Origin: an uncultured Fibrobacterota bacterium
GTDB lineage: Bacteria; Fibrobacterota; Chitinivibrionia; Chitinivibrionales; FEN-1185
Length of the DNA stretch: 64,000 nucleotides
Direction of reading: 5' to 3'
NCBI GenBank assembly: GCA_963753345.1
Contig: CAVWBU010000024.1
Span: forward strand, 256,001 to 320,000
Made by a program: the position numbers and the translations under genes. Positions 41,093-52,471 of this stretch are shown here, piece after piece. Below the pieces are notes generated by a model, which was not told where the DNA came from, ran no database searches, and saw only the letters and a list, made by a program, of their open reading frames with translations. Within the stretch, counting starts at the first letter, position 1. Each line of letters opens with the position of its first letter.

Positions 41093-43675
41093 TTATTTAA
41101 CTGCAAATTCTAATTTGTCATCCCCCGCCGTAACTTTCAAAGCCTGCCCTTCCTTTAGATCTCCCGCCACCATAAGCCTTGACACCGGGGTCTCGAGTTC
41201 CTTTTGGATGGCCCTCTTGAGCGGCCGCGCACCATATACTGGGTCGTAGCCTGTGCTGGCAAGCAGGGCCTTTGCCTTCTTGTCGGCGGAGAACGTGATG
41301 TTTCTCGCCTTGAGCAACTCCGAAAAACGCACGAGCTGAATATCCACGATGCTCACCAGGTCGTCCTGCGAAAGCCCGTGGAACACCACGATCTCGTCGA
41401 CGCGGTTCAAAAATTCCGGCCGGAAATAATTCTTCATTTCGGCCATCACCGTTTTCTTGATCGTCTCGTAATCGCCGCCCGCGTTCTCCACGATGTGCTG
41501 GGAGCCGATGTTCGACGTCATGATGATGATGGTGTTCTTGAAGTTCACCGTGTGGCCGTGCGAATCCGTCACGCGGCCGTCGTCGAGGATCTGGAGGAGC
41601 ACGTTGAACACGTCCGGGTGGGCCTTTTCTATTTCGTCGAACAATATCACGCTGTACGGCCGTCTGCGCACGGCCTCGGTGAGCTGGCCGCCCTCCTCGT
41701 AGCCCACGTAGCCGGGCGGCGCGCCGATGAGCCGCGACACGGTGTGCTTTTCCATGTATTCCGACATGTCAATTCTGATCATGGCGTGCTCGTCGTCGAA
41801 CAGGTTGAACGCGAGGCTGCGCGCGAGCTCGGTCTTGCCCACGCCCGTGGGCCCCAGGAAAATAAAGCTGCCGATAGGGCGAGAAGGGTCCTTGAGCCCG
41901 GCGCGGCCGCGCAGCACCGCGTCGGCAACGGCGTCCACCGCCTCGTTCTGGCCTATCACGCGCTCGTGCAGGTGCTTGGCGAGCGAAAGGACCTTTTCCT
42001 TTTCGCCTTCAACGAGCCTGCTCACGGGGATGTGGGTCCACCGCGCGACGATGGCCGCGATGTCCTCTTCGTCAACTTCCTCTTTAAGGAGGCGGTTGCC
42101 GTTGCCGGCCTTGAGCGCTTTTTCCGCTTCGGCAAGCTGGCGTTCGAGCTGGGGAATGGTGCCGTGCCGGACTTGCGCGGCCGTGTTGAGGTCGTAGGCG
42201 CGCTGCGCCTTGTCAAGTTCGTATTTCGCGGTCTCGAGCTTCTGCCGCAGCTGCTGGAGCGCGGCGATTTTCTGTTTTTCACCGTCCCAGCGGAGCCTGA
42301 GCTTGGAGGTCTTTTCCTTGACCTCGGCGAGCTCCTTGTTTAATTTGTCAAGACGTTCCTTCGACGAAGGGTCTTTTTCCTTTTTAAGGCCCGTGATTTC
42401 TATCTCGAGCTGCATCTGGCGCCGGCTCGCCTCGTCGAGCTCGCGCGGGCTGCTGTCCATCTCGGTGCGGAGGCAGGCCGCCGCCTCGTCGACAAGGTCG
42501 ATGGCCTTGTCGGGCAGGAACCGGTCCGAGATGTACCGGTCCGACAGCACGGCCGCGGCCACGAGTGCGGCGTCGCGTATCTTGACGCCGTGGTGCACCT
42601 CGTAGCGCTCGCGCAGTCCGCGCAGGATGGAAATGGTGTCTTCCACGCTCGGCTGGTCCACGAGCACGGTCTGGAACCTGCGCTCGAGCGCCTTGTCCTT
42701 TTCGATGTGCTTTCTATATTCGTCAAGCGTGGTGGCGCCGATGCAGTGCAGTTCGCCGCGGGCGAGCATGGGCTTGAGCAGGTTGCCGGCGTCCATGGCG
42801 CCTTCAGCGGCGCCAGCGCCCACAACCGTATGCAGTTCGTCAATAAAAAGGATGATGCTGCCCTTCGCCTCGGTCACTTCCTTGAGCACGGCCTTGAGCC
42901 GTTCTTCGAATTCGCCCCGGAACTTCGCTCCCGCGATGAGCGCGCCCATGTCAAGCGACACCAGCGATCGGTTCTTGAGGCCTTCGGGCACGTCCCCTCG
43001 CACGATGCGGAGCGCAAGCCCCTCCACGATTGCGGTCTTGCCCACGCCCGGGTCGCCGATGAGCACGGGGTTGTTTTTCGTGCGGCGCGAAAGGATCTGG
43101 ATCACGCGGCGGATCTCCTCATCACGGCCGATCACAGGATCGAGCTTCCCCTTGTGCGCCATGTCGGTGAGGTTGCGCGAATATTTCTCCAGGGCGTTGA
43201 ACGTCGCCTCGGGTTCGGGCGAGGTCACGCGCTGGTTGCCGCGCACCGCCTTGAGCGTTTCCAAAACTTTGGCGTGGCTCATTCTGAACCGCTCGCCTGC
43301 TTCGCGGCAGTCAGCGTCCTTTTCCAGCAGGGCGAGCAACAGGTGTTCCACGCTCACGAATTCATCCTTCATGCGCGAGGCTGTTTTCTCCGCCTCCGAA
43401 ATAACCTGCGTGAGGCCGCGCGACAGGTAGGTCTGGGTCGCGCCGCTTCCCGTGACGGCCGGGATTTTGCGCAGCTTGTCGATAACAGTCTCGGCAATGT
43501 CCTTTATGTCAACACCGAGCTTCTGCAGAATGGATTGCACAAGGCCGCCCTGCTGCATCACGAGCGCGAGCATCAGATGCAGGGGAACCAGTTCCTGATG
43601 GTTCATCTCGACCGCGATCTTGTTCGCGCCTTCCAGGGCTTCCTGGGACTTGCTGGTTAGTTTTTCCGCGTTCAC
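41093..43675 (-). CDS. clpB: ATP-dependent chaperone ClpB
   Basis: Two AAA+ modules ([16 protein letters not shown]), [10 protein letters not shown], coiled-coil M domain, [13 protein letters not shown] start with AAGGAG. Confidence 0.97.
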   Translation of the reverse strand: MNAEKLTSKSQEALEGANKIAVEMNHQELVPLHLMLALVMQQGGLVQSILQKLGVDIKDIAETVIDKLRKIPAVTGSGATQTYLSRGLTQVISEAEKTASRMKDEFVSVEHLLLALLEKDADCREAGERFRMSHAKVLETLKAVRGNQRVTSPEPEATFNALEKYSRNLTDMAHKGKLDPVIGRDEEIRRVIQILSRRTKNNPVLIGDPGVGKTAIVEGLALRIVRGDVPEGLKNRSLVSLDMGALIAGAKFRGEFEERLKAVLKEVTEAKGSIILFIDELHTVVGAGAAEGAMDAGNLLKPMLARGELHCIGATTLDEYRKHIEKDKALERRFQTVLVDQPSVEDTISILRGLRERYEVHHGVKIRDAALVAAAVLSDRYISDRFLPDKAIDLVDEAAACLRTEMDSSPRELDEASRRQMQLEIEITGLKKEKDPSSKERLDKLNKELAEVKEKTSKLRLRWDGEKQKIAALQQLRQKLETAKYELDKAQRAYDLNTAAQVRHGTIPQLERQLAEAEKALKAGNGNRLLKEEVDEEDIAAIVARWTHIPVSRLVEGEKEKVLSLAKHLHERVIGQNEAVDAVADAVLRGRAGLKDPSRPIGSFIFLGPTGVGKTELARSLAFNLFDDEHAMIRIDMSEYMEKHTVSRLIGAPPGYVGYEEGGQLTEAVRRRPYSVILFDEIEKAHPDVFNVLLQILDDGRVTDSHGHTVNFKNTIIIMTSNIGSQHIVENAGGDYETIKKTVMAEMKNYFRPEFLNRVDEIVVFHGLSQDDLVSIVDIQLVRFSELLKARNITFSADKKAKALLASTGYDPVYGARPLKRAIQKELETPVSRLMVAGDLKEGQALKVTAGDDKLEFAVK

Positions 43676-43711
43676 AATAATCTCCTTTAAGTAGTGATGC
43701 CCTTTGATAAA

Positions 43712-43727
43712 CGCAAGGTGAATGCCA
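43712..43727 (-). promoter_or_regulatory. Candidate sigma54 (-24/-12) promoter of clpB
   Basis: Minus strand TGGCATTCACCTTGCG (GG-N10-GC), ending 36 nt before the start codon. Confidence 0.6.
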
Positions 43728-43919
43728 TAAGTAAATATATTGGATGATGTAGTGACTTAGGATGATTAAAATCAAAAGGTTGAAACCAGATTATTGGTTG
43801 AAGTCCAGGATTCACTGAGCAATGCCGGCGTTTCGAAATGAAACAATTTCCATCACATATTGGATCATGTAAAATGCCGCAAATTTTCCCGGTCCCTCAA
43901 TCATTTATATTACCACTGT

Positions 43920-44540
43920 ATGCCAATCATCCGCATCAAGATCTGCGGCATTACGCAATACGACGACGCCAAGACAGCGGTGAGTCTCGGGGTTGACGCG
44001 CTCGGTTTTGTTTTCCACCCCGCAAGCCCGCGTTATATCCACCCGGAAGCGGCGCGCGACATTATTGCCAGGCTCCCGCCATTCGTCTCCAAGGTCGGCG
44101 TATTTGTCAACGAAACCGCCGAAACGATTTTCTCGGTCATGTCGCAGGCCGGCATCGACACGGTCCAGCTCCACGGCGACGAGACGCCGGATTTCGCCAA
44201 CGCTCTCTCGTGCCCGGTTGTCAAGGCGTTCGGCGTCAAGCCGGGCTTCGACATCGCCACGCTCGCCCCCTACAAGGTAAGCGGCTACCTTCTCGACACC
44301 TGGAGCGAAGCGCGCGGCGGGAGCGGCGCGACCTTCGACTGGTCGCTGGCGCAGCAGGCCACGAAGCGCTACGCCAATGTGATTCTTGCGGGCGGGCTCA
44401 ATCCCGCAAACGTTCGCGAAGCCCTTGAAAGCGTCATCCCGTATGCCGTTGAATTCAACAGCGGCGTGGAGATCAAGCCGGGCGTCAAAAACCATTACAA
44501 AATGCGCGAGGCGGTTGAGATTGTGCGGTCCTGGAAGTAG
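43920..44540 (+). CDS. trpF: Phosphoribosylanthranilate isomerase
   Basis: IKICGIT, SPRY, VGVFVN, QLHGDE, GGSGATFDW, LAGGL, SGVE. Confidence 0.96.
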   Translation: MPIIRIKICGITQYDDAKTAVSLGVDALGFVFHPASPRYIHPEAARDIIARLPPFVSKVGVFVNETAETIFSVMSQAGIDTVQLHGDETPDFANALSCPVVKAFGVKPGFDIATLAPYKVSGYLLDTWSEARGGSGATFDWSLAQQATKRYANVILAGGLNPANVREALESVIPYAVEFNSGVEIKPGVKNHYKMREAVEIVRSWK

Positions 44541-44759
44541 TTGGGTTTGCTCGCTTGCAGTCCTCGCATATGCGCAGGTCGCGTTCTCTTTTCTTTGAAC
44601 CCATATTCGTTCATCATATATATTTTCCACTCCGTAATTTGGTTTGCCCCCCATCAAACAGGATTGTCGGGCGAAGGTCCAAGCGGAAGCAGCGCGGTTA
44701 AGCGCTATTTCTCCTTCCGCCCGACACCGGCAATACCCGTTAGTCAACCGTGGCAGGCC

Positions 44760-47700
44760 ATGCCGGATTTCCCAATGGCACAACGACAACTCCTTTTTCT
44801 GCTGTGCGCCGGCGTGCTGTTCGCCGCATCTTCCGCCTCGCCCCCGCCCCGCCAGCTCTTCTTCCAATACAACAATATTGTGTGGTGGGGAACCGAGTTC
44901 GGCCTCAACCGGTTTCAAACCACCAACGAACTGTGGGGAAACATCCGCTCCGAATCGGTGAACGACCTCTGCCTTGACGATCCGGAATTGTGGGTGGCCA
45001 CCGATCACGGCGCCCTGTACGCCGATCTGCGCTACCTCGACTGGAAGTCGTACACCGCCAAGCATGGCTTGCCGTCCGACACGGTTGTCCGGCTCGTGGC
45101 GGACCCGGATTACGTGTACGCCGCGGGCCCGCACGGGCTTGCGCGGTTCAACAAGGTGGTGATGCAGTGGGAACCCATGGGCGCCTTTGCCGACAAGCGC
45201 ATCTACGACCTGTATTCCAACCAGGCGCAACTGTGGGTCGCCACCGACCAGGGCGTATTCTATTTTGACAAGAAGTTCGAAAAATGGGAAAATTACACCA
45301 CGAGCACCGGCCTTATTTCCAACACCGCGTTCAGGCTTTTTTACTTCAGCGACCACATCTGGGTCGAGACCGACAAAGGTTTTTCCCGGTATTCGATCAG
45401 CATGAAGGCGTGGAACTCCTACCCGCTTAACAACGGCATCGTGGGCTCGGCCGTCAGCTACATGCTGGTTGACGCATCGTACATCTGGGTGGTGTCGCCC
45501 GAGGGCGTGGCCCGGTTCAACGGCAGCAGCCAGACCTGGGAAAACTTCTCCCGCAACACGCATGATCGACAAGAAGACCGTTTATTCCCTTTCCACGTCC
45601 GGAACTACCGAATGGTTTACCACCTCCGACGGCGTGTATACGTTCGACGAATCCCAGCGCCGGTGGAAGACTTACACGGCGGTGGACGGCCTCAGCGACG
45701 ACGCGCAGGACGAAGTGTACACCTCGGGCCAGACCACGCTGTGCAGAAAAGGCGCTTCGTTTTCCTATTTGAAAACCGACCAGGACCTTTGGTATGCCAC
45801 CCAGATGAAGGTGACCGGCATGGGCGGGCAAAGACCGAAATGGAAGGCGCACATGGACGAAACAGGGCTTGGCGTCACGGCGCCGGCAGGCCAGAGTTTG
45901 AGCCTTCAGGGGACCGCCGAATACAAAGTGGAAAACAAGGCGACGTTTCCCTCGCCGCTCACCACCAGCATCCCCAATTACCTATTGAACAAGAACCTCG
46001 ATTCCGTGGTCTACACCTACGACACACTGGCCAACGGCGCAATAACGCGCACGGTCGAAGATACCGTCGCAACATACAAGGACTTTCTTTACGGATGGCC
46101 AAAGGCCCAGCTTAATCTGAACGGCGACCTCAATAACGGACGCACGTTCCGGGCCACCTACGACAACACCGATCCTCTCGGCGATCTGCGCTACAGCGCG
46201 GAATACCGCGGCTTCGGCGAAGACAATCTGCGAAGGCTTGGCTGGCGCACCGACCAGAAGACCGATTACTTCTTCAGTTCGCTCATCAGCCCCACCTATC
46301 TTAACGGCGCAGGGCGTCCGCACCGAGTTCGGCGACCGGGTCGGCGACAAGAAGCTCCGCCGGGTGAATACCGGCGTGTGGGCGGGCTTCGGGAAAACCA
46401 AGTTTTTCAGGAAACTCATTCCGTTCCGTGAAGACAACTTTTACGAACTCGACATACAGAATATCGTCACCGAAACCGTGCAAATCCTCGTGGACGGCCA
46501 GGTGGTTGACCCGAGCGACTACAGCATCGAGCGGACCATGGGCCTGCTTTCATTCAAGAACGAAGGCCTTGCAAACCCGGATTCCCGCATCGAGGTTTCC
46601 TGCCAATACCAGCCGGTCATCGGCGAGTACACGAACCAGATGGCTTCGGTTGAGAACGTGGTTGAGGTGAACGATAAGCTTGCCCTCGGCGTCAACGGCG
46701 CTTATCGCGGATTCAAAGAGCCGGACCGCACCGGGCTGGATTCTTCGTACAACCGAGACTTTGCCGGCAGCGCCAACACCAAGATCGAGATGAAATCGGC
46801 CGACAACAAGATGTACCTTCGCGCCGTGCCCGAAGTGTCGGGCAGCTACAACGATTCGATTGTCGCGATAAAACAGGGTTCCGCGGCAAAACTCGATCTC
46901 TATTCGGTGATGCATAATCTCAAACTCACGGTGAACGGAATTTTCCAGACGCCCGATTACGTTACTCTCGCCGACCAGAATTCCGTTTACGGAAGGATAA
47001 ACTACCAGGGGCAGGGCGAATTGGTGTGGGACCTGTGGAAGCAGTACATGCCGATCACTGCCGGCGCCGGCGTGATAAACGCTTTGTCCGGCAGCGAAGT
47101 GCGGGAGTACGCGCAGTACCTTATCTCGCTGCCCGAACTTCCGTCCCTTCGGCTGTTCGGCATGCATCAGGACATGAAGAACTACACGCAACTGCCGCGC
47201 GACTCCCTGCCCGGCGACCGCGACTCGCTCAAGTCGGACCGGTGGAACGGCGTTGTGGAAACGGAATGGGGCCATTCGTTCAAGCGCATGGACAGGATAT
47301 GGTTCGACCTTTCCTATTCCGTCAATTTCCTCACCGATTCCGTCGACACGAACGTTTCCGGCGGATCGACCCCGGGCACCTACGACCTTGTGCCCCAGTT
47401 CGACCAGAAACTCAATCACAATATTTTTGCATGGATCAGGTTCTCACCCTTAAAAAAACTGCAGCTCGAAACCAAGAGCGTTTTCAGGATTTACCAGGGC
47501 CGCAGCAGCCTGGACAGTGTCATGGCATTCCGGGGGGACCTGATTCGGCCCGAATTCAAGATCTTTTCCCAGGAGCTTGTCCCGGGCGTCACGCTGTACG
47601 GCGATGATCAGCTGCAAACCGCGCAATATGTCGTCAGCTCGTCCGAATGGTTAAACTCAACATCGAACATGGTGAACGCCAGCCTGCTTCTTGTTCCCGG

Positions 47701-48497
47701 CGTTTACCTCAAGTTTCTCAACCCGTTTCAGCTCAACCTCGGCTACGGATTGTCAACTGCCGATTCGTCGTCCCTTATTTCCACCGGCAACGGCGACAGC
47801 ACCTACACGTTTTCGAATGCCTCGACCCAGACCTACACGATCAAGCCGATATTCGACTTCACCCAGGACCTTCATTACGACAGCAGGGTGGAAAAAACGA
47901 ATTCCACAAACCTGACCTACGCGACCGACGACGGCCTCAAGTGGTACAACGAGGCGCGTCTTGCTTTTAGAGACCGGAAGACCAGGTTCGACATCGATCT
48001 CAACATGTTCTTCGACGACATGAGCATGCCGAATTACGGCAACCAAGGCCTCGACACCTTTGCCGTCAAGAGCACGTTCGAAGAATTAATAGTCAAGTGG
48101 ACGGAACGCTGGTCGCCGAATCTCAGGACAGAATCAACAGTCGACGTTTCCCGGCAGAACCTTGACTCAACCTTCAACGATGCAGCCAACAACATCTTCA
48201 GGGACACCGTGACCGGGTATCTTAACTCGCTCACGCCCGGAATATTGTTCGACTGGCGCATTCCCGGCAAGATAATAAGGGAATGGCGGACCCAGTACTA
48301 TATCGGCGCAATGCTTTCCGGCGGAAGGGGTTACGATTTTAACACCTATACGCAGACATGGCAGAACAAGTTCGACATCCAGGTGAAGGCCGGGGCCAAT
48401 TTCTTCCTGCGCCTGCTGATGGAAGTGGACTATGTGTTCAATACCAAGGTGCTGATTTACAATATGGCCGCAATTGAAGGCGACGGCATTGTTCTAA
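44760..48497 (+). CDS. Large outer-membrane protein: N-terminal beta-propeller repeats, SprA-like periplasmic motif, C-terminal beta-barrel; three apparent frameshifts (about 45560, 46303, 48468)
   Basis: Signal peptide; LWVATD.G and W..YT...GL repeats; stitched from ORFs 44541, 45469 and 46238; alternative frame ends QLKATALF* at 48497 (terminal Phe). Confidence 0.65.
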
Positions 48498-48657
48498 GGT
48501 TGGCGAATTATCGATAAATCGGCTAAATTACGAAGGAGAGCTGCGCGTACTTCACGTGGAATAGAAGAGTTATGATGTTGGGCAGGGCAAGCAGGTGTCG
48601 TGTTTGGTGTTGAGGCTACGCTCTTTCGCGGGTTCTCCTAGAAATGGCAGGGTGGCT

Positions 48658-50148
48658 ATGAATCAGAAGAAAATCAATCGAAGAAAATTCCTGGTGGAGT
48701 CGCTTGAGACCGCGGCGGGGCTTGGTTTCATTGCAGGCTGCGACAAAAGAACAATCGTTGAGCCGGATGTCCGGCTGCCGGCAGCGCCGACCGGCCTGGC
48801 TTACAACCTTGCCTCAAGCGGCACCGGAACCGTCGATTCGGTCATAGTCACCTGGAACCAGCCTGTTACCGATGTTACGGGAGCAAAGTTGTGGACGGGA
48901 ATCCGTGCCTATGATGTTTACCGCAACGACACCCTGCTTGCGCAGGTGACCGATCCGAGTTTCGCGGATGCCGGCGGGTTTACCGTGGGAAGTACCTGCG
49001 CCTACACGGTACGGGCCGTCGACTCCAGCACGGTTATCGGGCCCAATGGCCAGCCGGGAAACCAGAGCCCGCCGTCCGATCGTCTGCTTGTTCCCATTCA
49101 GAAGGCGTCGTATGTATATCCCGTCGCCAATGCCGCCGCCAACACCGGCACCATAGGAAGACCGAATATCCAGGCGGCTCCGCTCAAGTCGATGATCGAC
49201 GCGGCGGTCGCGCAGATGCAGATTGACAAAGGTGCAATTCCCCCGGGAAGCACCCAGGACCCGGCGATCGTGACGGCCGCGTGGGAATCGCTGTTCCCGG
49301 GCTTGACTGTATCTTCACTTATAGGAATCAAGGTCAACACGCTCGGCGGTTCAAACGTAAGTACGAGGCCGGAGGTTGTGACCGCCATGGTGAGCAGTTT
49401 GACGGCAATGCTCGGCGGAACGTTTCCCGCCTATAATATTATTGTTTTCGACGACAGGTCTCCGGGCGCCCAGATGGCGGCGGCCGGGTTTCCCTTGCGA
49501 AACGTGAACGGCACCTACCGGATCGCGTCGGCCAGCTTCAACACCACGCTCAATAATGGGGTTCCCGTAAGCCAGCAGGAGCCGGGGGCTTCTCTGTGGG
49601 GATCCACCGTCAACATCGCCGGCGCGGACAGAAGGCTCACCGCAATATTCGACGCCGTTGACTTTCTGATCAACGTTCCAGTCCTCAAGGATCATGATCA
49701 GTCCGGAATATCATTCTCCATGAAGAACCTTTACGGCATTACCGACATCTGGAACGGTCCAGGGGCCATGCACGACACGATGTGCAGTCCGTCGATTCCG
49801 GCTCTGTATCAAGCCGCCCAAGCAATACCGAACGCAGGAACCGGCTCATCCAAATTTGTTCTCATTGTCGGGGACGCGCTCCAGGGATGCTATAATCTAG
49901 GGCCAGAGGGACCGCCCAACTGCCAGCCGAATTCCATTGTCGTGGGCACCGATCCGGTTGCTATGGACACCTGGGCCTTAAAAACAATCAACGCCTTGCG
50001 GGCAAAATACGCGCCCACGCTTCCGGAAATTTCCTGGACGCACAGCACCAACCCGGATCAGTCCGATGCCCGGCACATCCTGGATGCGGCCATTCAATAC
50101 AATCTCGGATCAACCAATTTCGTTGCAGGGAAGGTTTCGCTCGCATGA
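48658..50148 (+). CDS. Tat lipoprotein with Fn3 domain and DUF362 domain
   Basis: NRRKFL twin-arginine signal with IAGC lipobox; PAAPTGL...YTVRAVD Fn3; IGIKVN, INVPVLKDH, MKNLYG, DPVAMD. Confidence 0.85.
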   Translation: MNQKKINRRKFLVESLETAAGLGFIAGCDKRTIVEPDVRLPAAPTGLAYNLASSGTGTVDSVIVTWNQPVTDVTGAKLWTGIRAYDVYRNDTLLAQVTDPSFADAGGFTVGSTCAYTVRAVDSSTVIGPNGQPGNQSPPSDRLLVPIQKASYVYPVANAAANTGTIGRPNIQAAPLKSMIDAAVAQMQIDKGAIPPGSTQDPAIVTAAWESLFPGLTVSSLIGIKVNTLGGSNVSTRPEVVTAMVSSLTAMLGGTFPAYNIIVFDDRSPGAQMAAAGFPLRNVNGTYRIASASFNTTLNNGVPVSQQEPGASLWGSTVNIAGADRRLTAIFDAVDFLINVPVLKDHDQSGISFSMKNLYGITDIWNGPGAMHDTMCSPSIPALYQAAQAIPNAGTGSSKFVLIVGDALQGCYNLGPEGPPNCQPNSIVVGTDPVAMDTWALKTINALRAKYAPTLPEISWTHSTNPDQSDARHILDAAIQYNLGSTNFVAGKVSLA

Positions 50149-50702
50149 ATTCGTCCGGCTTGAGACATTTCGTATCTCCCCTTTACCGTATTGCAATCAT
50201 TGCGCTGCCGCTGATATTTCTTACCCAGTGCCGCATCAGCAAGGATCCCGGCGCCGGGGCGGACCCGCAGGACTATTTGCCCCTGGACAACGACATAAGC
50301 GGCTATGTCAAGAAGGGCAGCGTCTCGCTCATGACCGACCAGCAGTCGATCTTCAACGCCATCGACGGCGCAGCGCAAAGCTACATCACCTACGGGTTCG
50401 AGGAAGGCGTGGTGCAATTGTACAGCAACGGCAGCGTGGACATCAACGTTGAGATTTTCAACCAGGGGACCCAATCATACGCCCAGTCCCTTTATAATTA
50501 TTTCATGCCCACCTCTCCTCAAATCCTGAGTCAGAACAATCCGGCCGTGGTTGTGGACCTTTCTCAGGCAACGTCGTACACCATCCAGTACACCAAGCAG
50601 AGCATATTCATGCGCATAACCACCACCGAGAAATCCGATTTTGCGCTCGATATGGCAAAACAGTTTTATTACAACATCGACAACAAAATCGGCGCGCAAT
50701 AG
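50145..50702 (+). CDS. DUF6599-like lipoprotein
   Basis: Lipobox-like LTQC; IFNAIDGAAQSYITYGF motif. Confidence 0.65.
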   Translation: MNSSGLRHFVSPLYRIAIIALPLIFLTQCRISKDPGAGADPQDYLPLDNDISGYVKKGSVSLMTDQQSIFNAIDGAAQSYITYGFEEGVVQLYSNGSVDINVEIFNQGTQSYAQSLYNYFMPTSPQILSQNNPAVVVDLSQATSYTIQYTKQSIFMRITTTEKSDFALDMAKQFYYNIDNKIGAQ

Positions 50703-50763
50703 ATGATGTATATTTTTGATCCGAAATCGTGATGATTTTGTCCCATAAAAAAGGAGCCGGATT

Positions 50764-51669
50764 GTGATAACGCGAAGAGAATTCATCAAGACCGGAAGCG
50801 CGGCCGCCGCGGGCGCCGCAATGTCGTCCGTCAATGTCCTGGCCGAAGACAAGAAGAAGCCGCTTGTCGCGGTTGCAAAGGGAAAGCCCGAGGAGATCGT
50901 CAAGAAGGCGGTTGACGCGCTCGGCGGCATGCAGAAATTCGTGAAACAGGGCGACCGCGTGGTGCTCAAGGCCAACATGGGATTTCCCAACCCGCCGGAA
51001 TGGGGCACCACCACGCACCCGCAAATCGTCAAGGCGGTCGCGCAATTGTGCCTCGACGCGGGCGCGCAGCGCGTCATCGTGCTGGACCATCCCCTGCGCG
51101 ACGGCGCGGTCTGCAAGGAAAAAAGCGGCATCGGCGCCGCGATTGAAGGCATGAAGGGCGCCGTGGTCGCCCTGCTCGAAGATCCCAAGTTCTACCAGGA
51201 AACGCCCATTCCGAACGCGAAGCAGCTCAAGAGCACGTCCATCGCCAAGGAAGTGCTGCGGGCAAACTGCCTCATCAACGTACCGACGGCAAAATCGCAT
51301 GACGCAACAGGTGTGAGCCTCGGCATCAAGAACCTTATGGGGCTGGTGTGGGACCGCCAGTTCATGCACGAACAGGTGGAGCTCAATCAGGCAATCGCGG
51401 ACCTTCTCCTGGTTATCAAGCCGCATCTCACCATTGTCAATGCGGTCTACGCGCTCCTCACCAACGGCCCGAGCGGACCCGGAAAGACCGAGGAGCTCAA
51501 CACGGTTGTGGCAAGCGCGGACCCCGTGGCCGCGGATTCGTACATGGTGGGCATCGCCCGCTGGTACAACAAGGAATTCAAAGGCAGCCAGGTCAAACAC
51601 ATCAAGAACGCCTACGACATGGGGCTCGGCGAGATTGACGTTGAGAAGATGGACGTGAAGATAGTATAA
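50764..51669 (+). CDS. Tat-exported DUF362 domain protein
   Basis: TRREFIK signal; LGGMQKFV, VVLKAN, TTHP, INVPTAKSH, IKNLMG, GPSGPG, DPVAAD. Confidence 0.92.
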   Translation: MITRREFIKTGSAAAAGAAMSSVNVLAEDKKKPLVAVAKGKPEEIVKKAVDALGGMQKFVKQGDRVVLKANMGFPNPPEWGTTTHPQIVKAVAQLCLDAGAQRVIVLDHPLRDGAVCKEKSGIGAAIEGMKGAVVALLEDPKFYQETPIPNAKQLKSTSIAKEVLRANCLINVPTAKSHDATGVSLGIKNLMGLVWDRQFMHEQVELNQAIADLLLVIKPHLTIVNAVYALLTNGPSGPGKTEELNTVVASADPVAADSYMVGIARWYNKEFKGSQVKHIKNAYDMGLGEIDVEKMDVKIV

Positions 51670-51740
51670 CGTTTCGCTCCATGGTGATGGTTGCATGGCG
51701 CCCTGATTTTTGTTGCCCTGCTTTGCCGAGATCGACGAGT

Positions 51741-52082
51741 ATGACAGTGAACACCCAAATCCTTGCCCCTGACGAAAAAGCGGCACTTGAGGAGATCAAA
51801 TACCGCGTGTCCATGCTGTGTCCGGTGCGGCAATACATCCTGTTCGGCTCCAAAGCAAGGGGCGAAGCCCAGCCTGATTCGGACATAGATCTGCTTATCA
51901 TAACCAAACGGCCATTGACAACGGGAGAACGAAACGGAATTTCACATGAGATTTTCGAAGTGAACATTGCCCGCGACACGAATTTCTCCCGCATCATAGT
52001 TGACACAGAAGAATGGGAAAACGGCATGACTTCCGCCCTTCCCTTCCACGACAACGTTCTTAGGGACGGTATTCCAGTATGA
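51741..52082 (+). CDS. Minimal nucleotidyltransferase (MNT) antitoxin
   Basis: LFGSKARG...DSDIDLLI. Confidence 0.9.
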   Translation: MTVNTQILAPDEKAALEEIKYRVSMLCPVRQYILFGSKARGEAQPDSDIDLLIITKRPLTTGERNGISHEIFEVNIARDTNFSRIIVDTEEWENGMTSALPFHDNVLRDGIPV

Positions 52083-52471
52083 TAAGTGAGGAAAACAGGC
52101 GTCGGATCCCCGCTTTCTGGCTTACCCGCGCGGAAGAATCTCTGGCTGCGGCATCGCTCGCTTTTGAAAACAGCCTTCTCACTTCGGCGGTAAATCGGAC
52201 ATACTATGCCGCTTTTTACGCCGCGTGCGCACTTCTTGCCAAAGACGGGAGTGATTACGGAAAACATTCAGCCGTTAGGGCCGCCGTCCACCGGGACCTG
52301 GTCAAGACAGGCAGAATAGGCGTAGAATTCGGTGAACTCTTTTCCATCCTTTTTGAAGAACGCAATGAAGGCGATTACCTTTCCTTTAAAAACTTCTCCG
52401 AGACAGATGTCGCGTCTTGGCTGAGCAGGACCCGTGAGTTCCTGGCCGTTACAAGGAAATTGATATCATGA
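52079..52471 (+). CDS. HEPN domain protein (UPF0332-like)
   Basis: AVNRTYYAAFYA, KHSAV, RNEGDY; start overlaps the MNT stop. Confidence 0.9.
   Translation: MISEENRRRIPAFWLTRAEESLAAASLAFENSLLTSAVNRTYYAAFYAACALLAKDGSDYGKHSAVRAAVHRDLVKTGRIGVEFGELFSILFEERNEGDYLSFKNFSETDVASWLSRTREFLAVTRKLIS

Noticed and set aside
41093-43675. Clp ATPase as T6SS ClpV/TssH
   Set aside because: It has the ClpB M-domain coiled coil and canonical ClpB motifs, and lies 12 kb from the tss genes among housekeeping genes.
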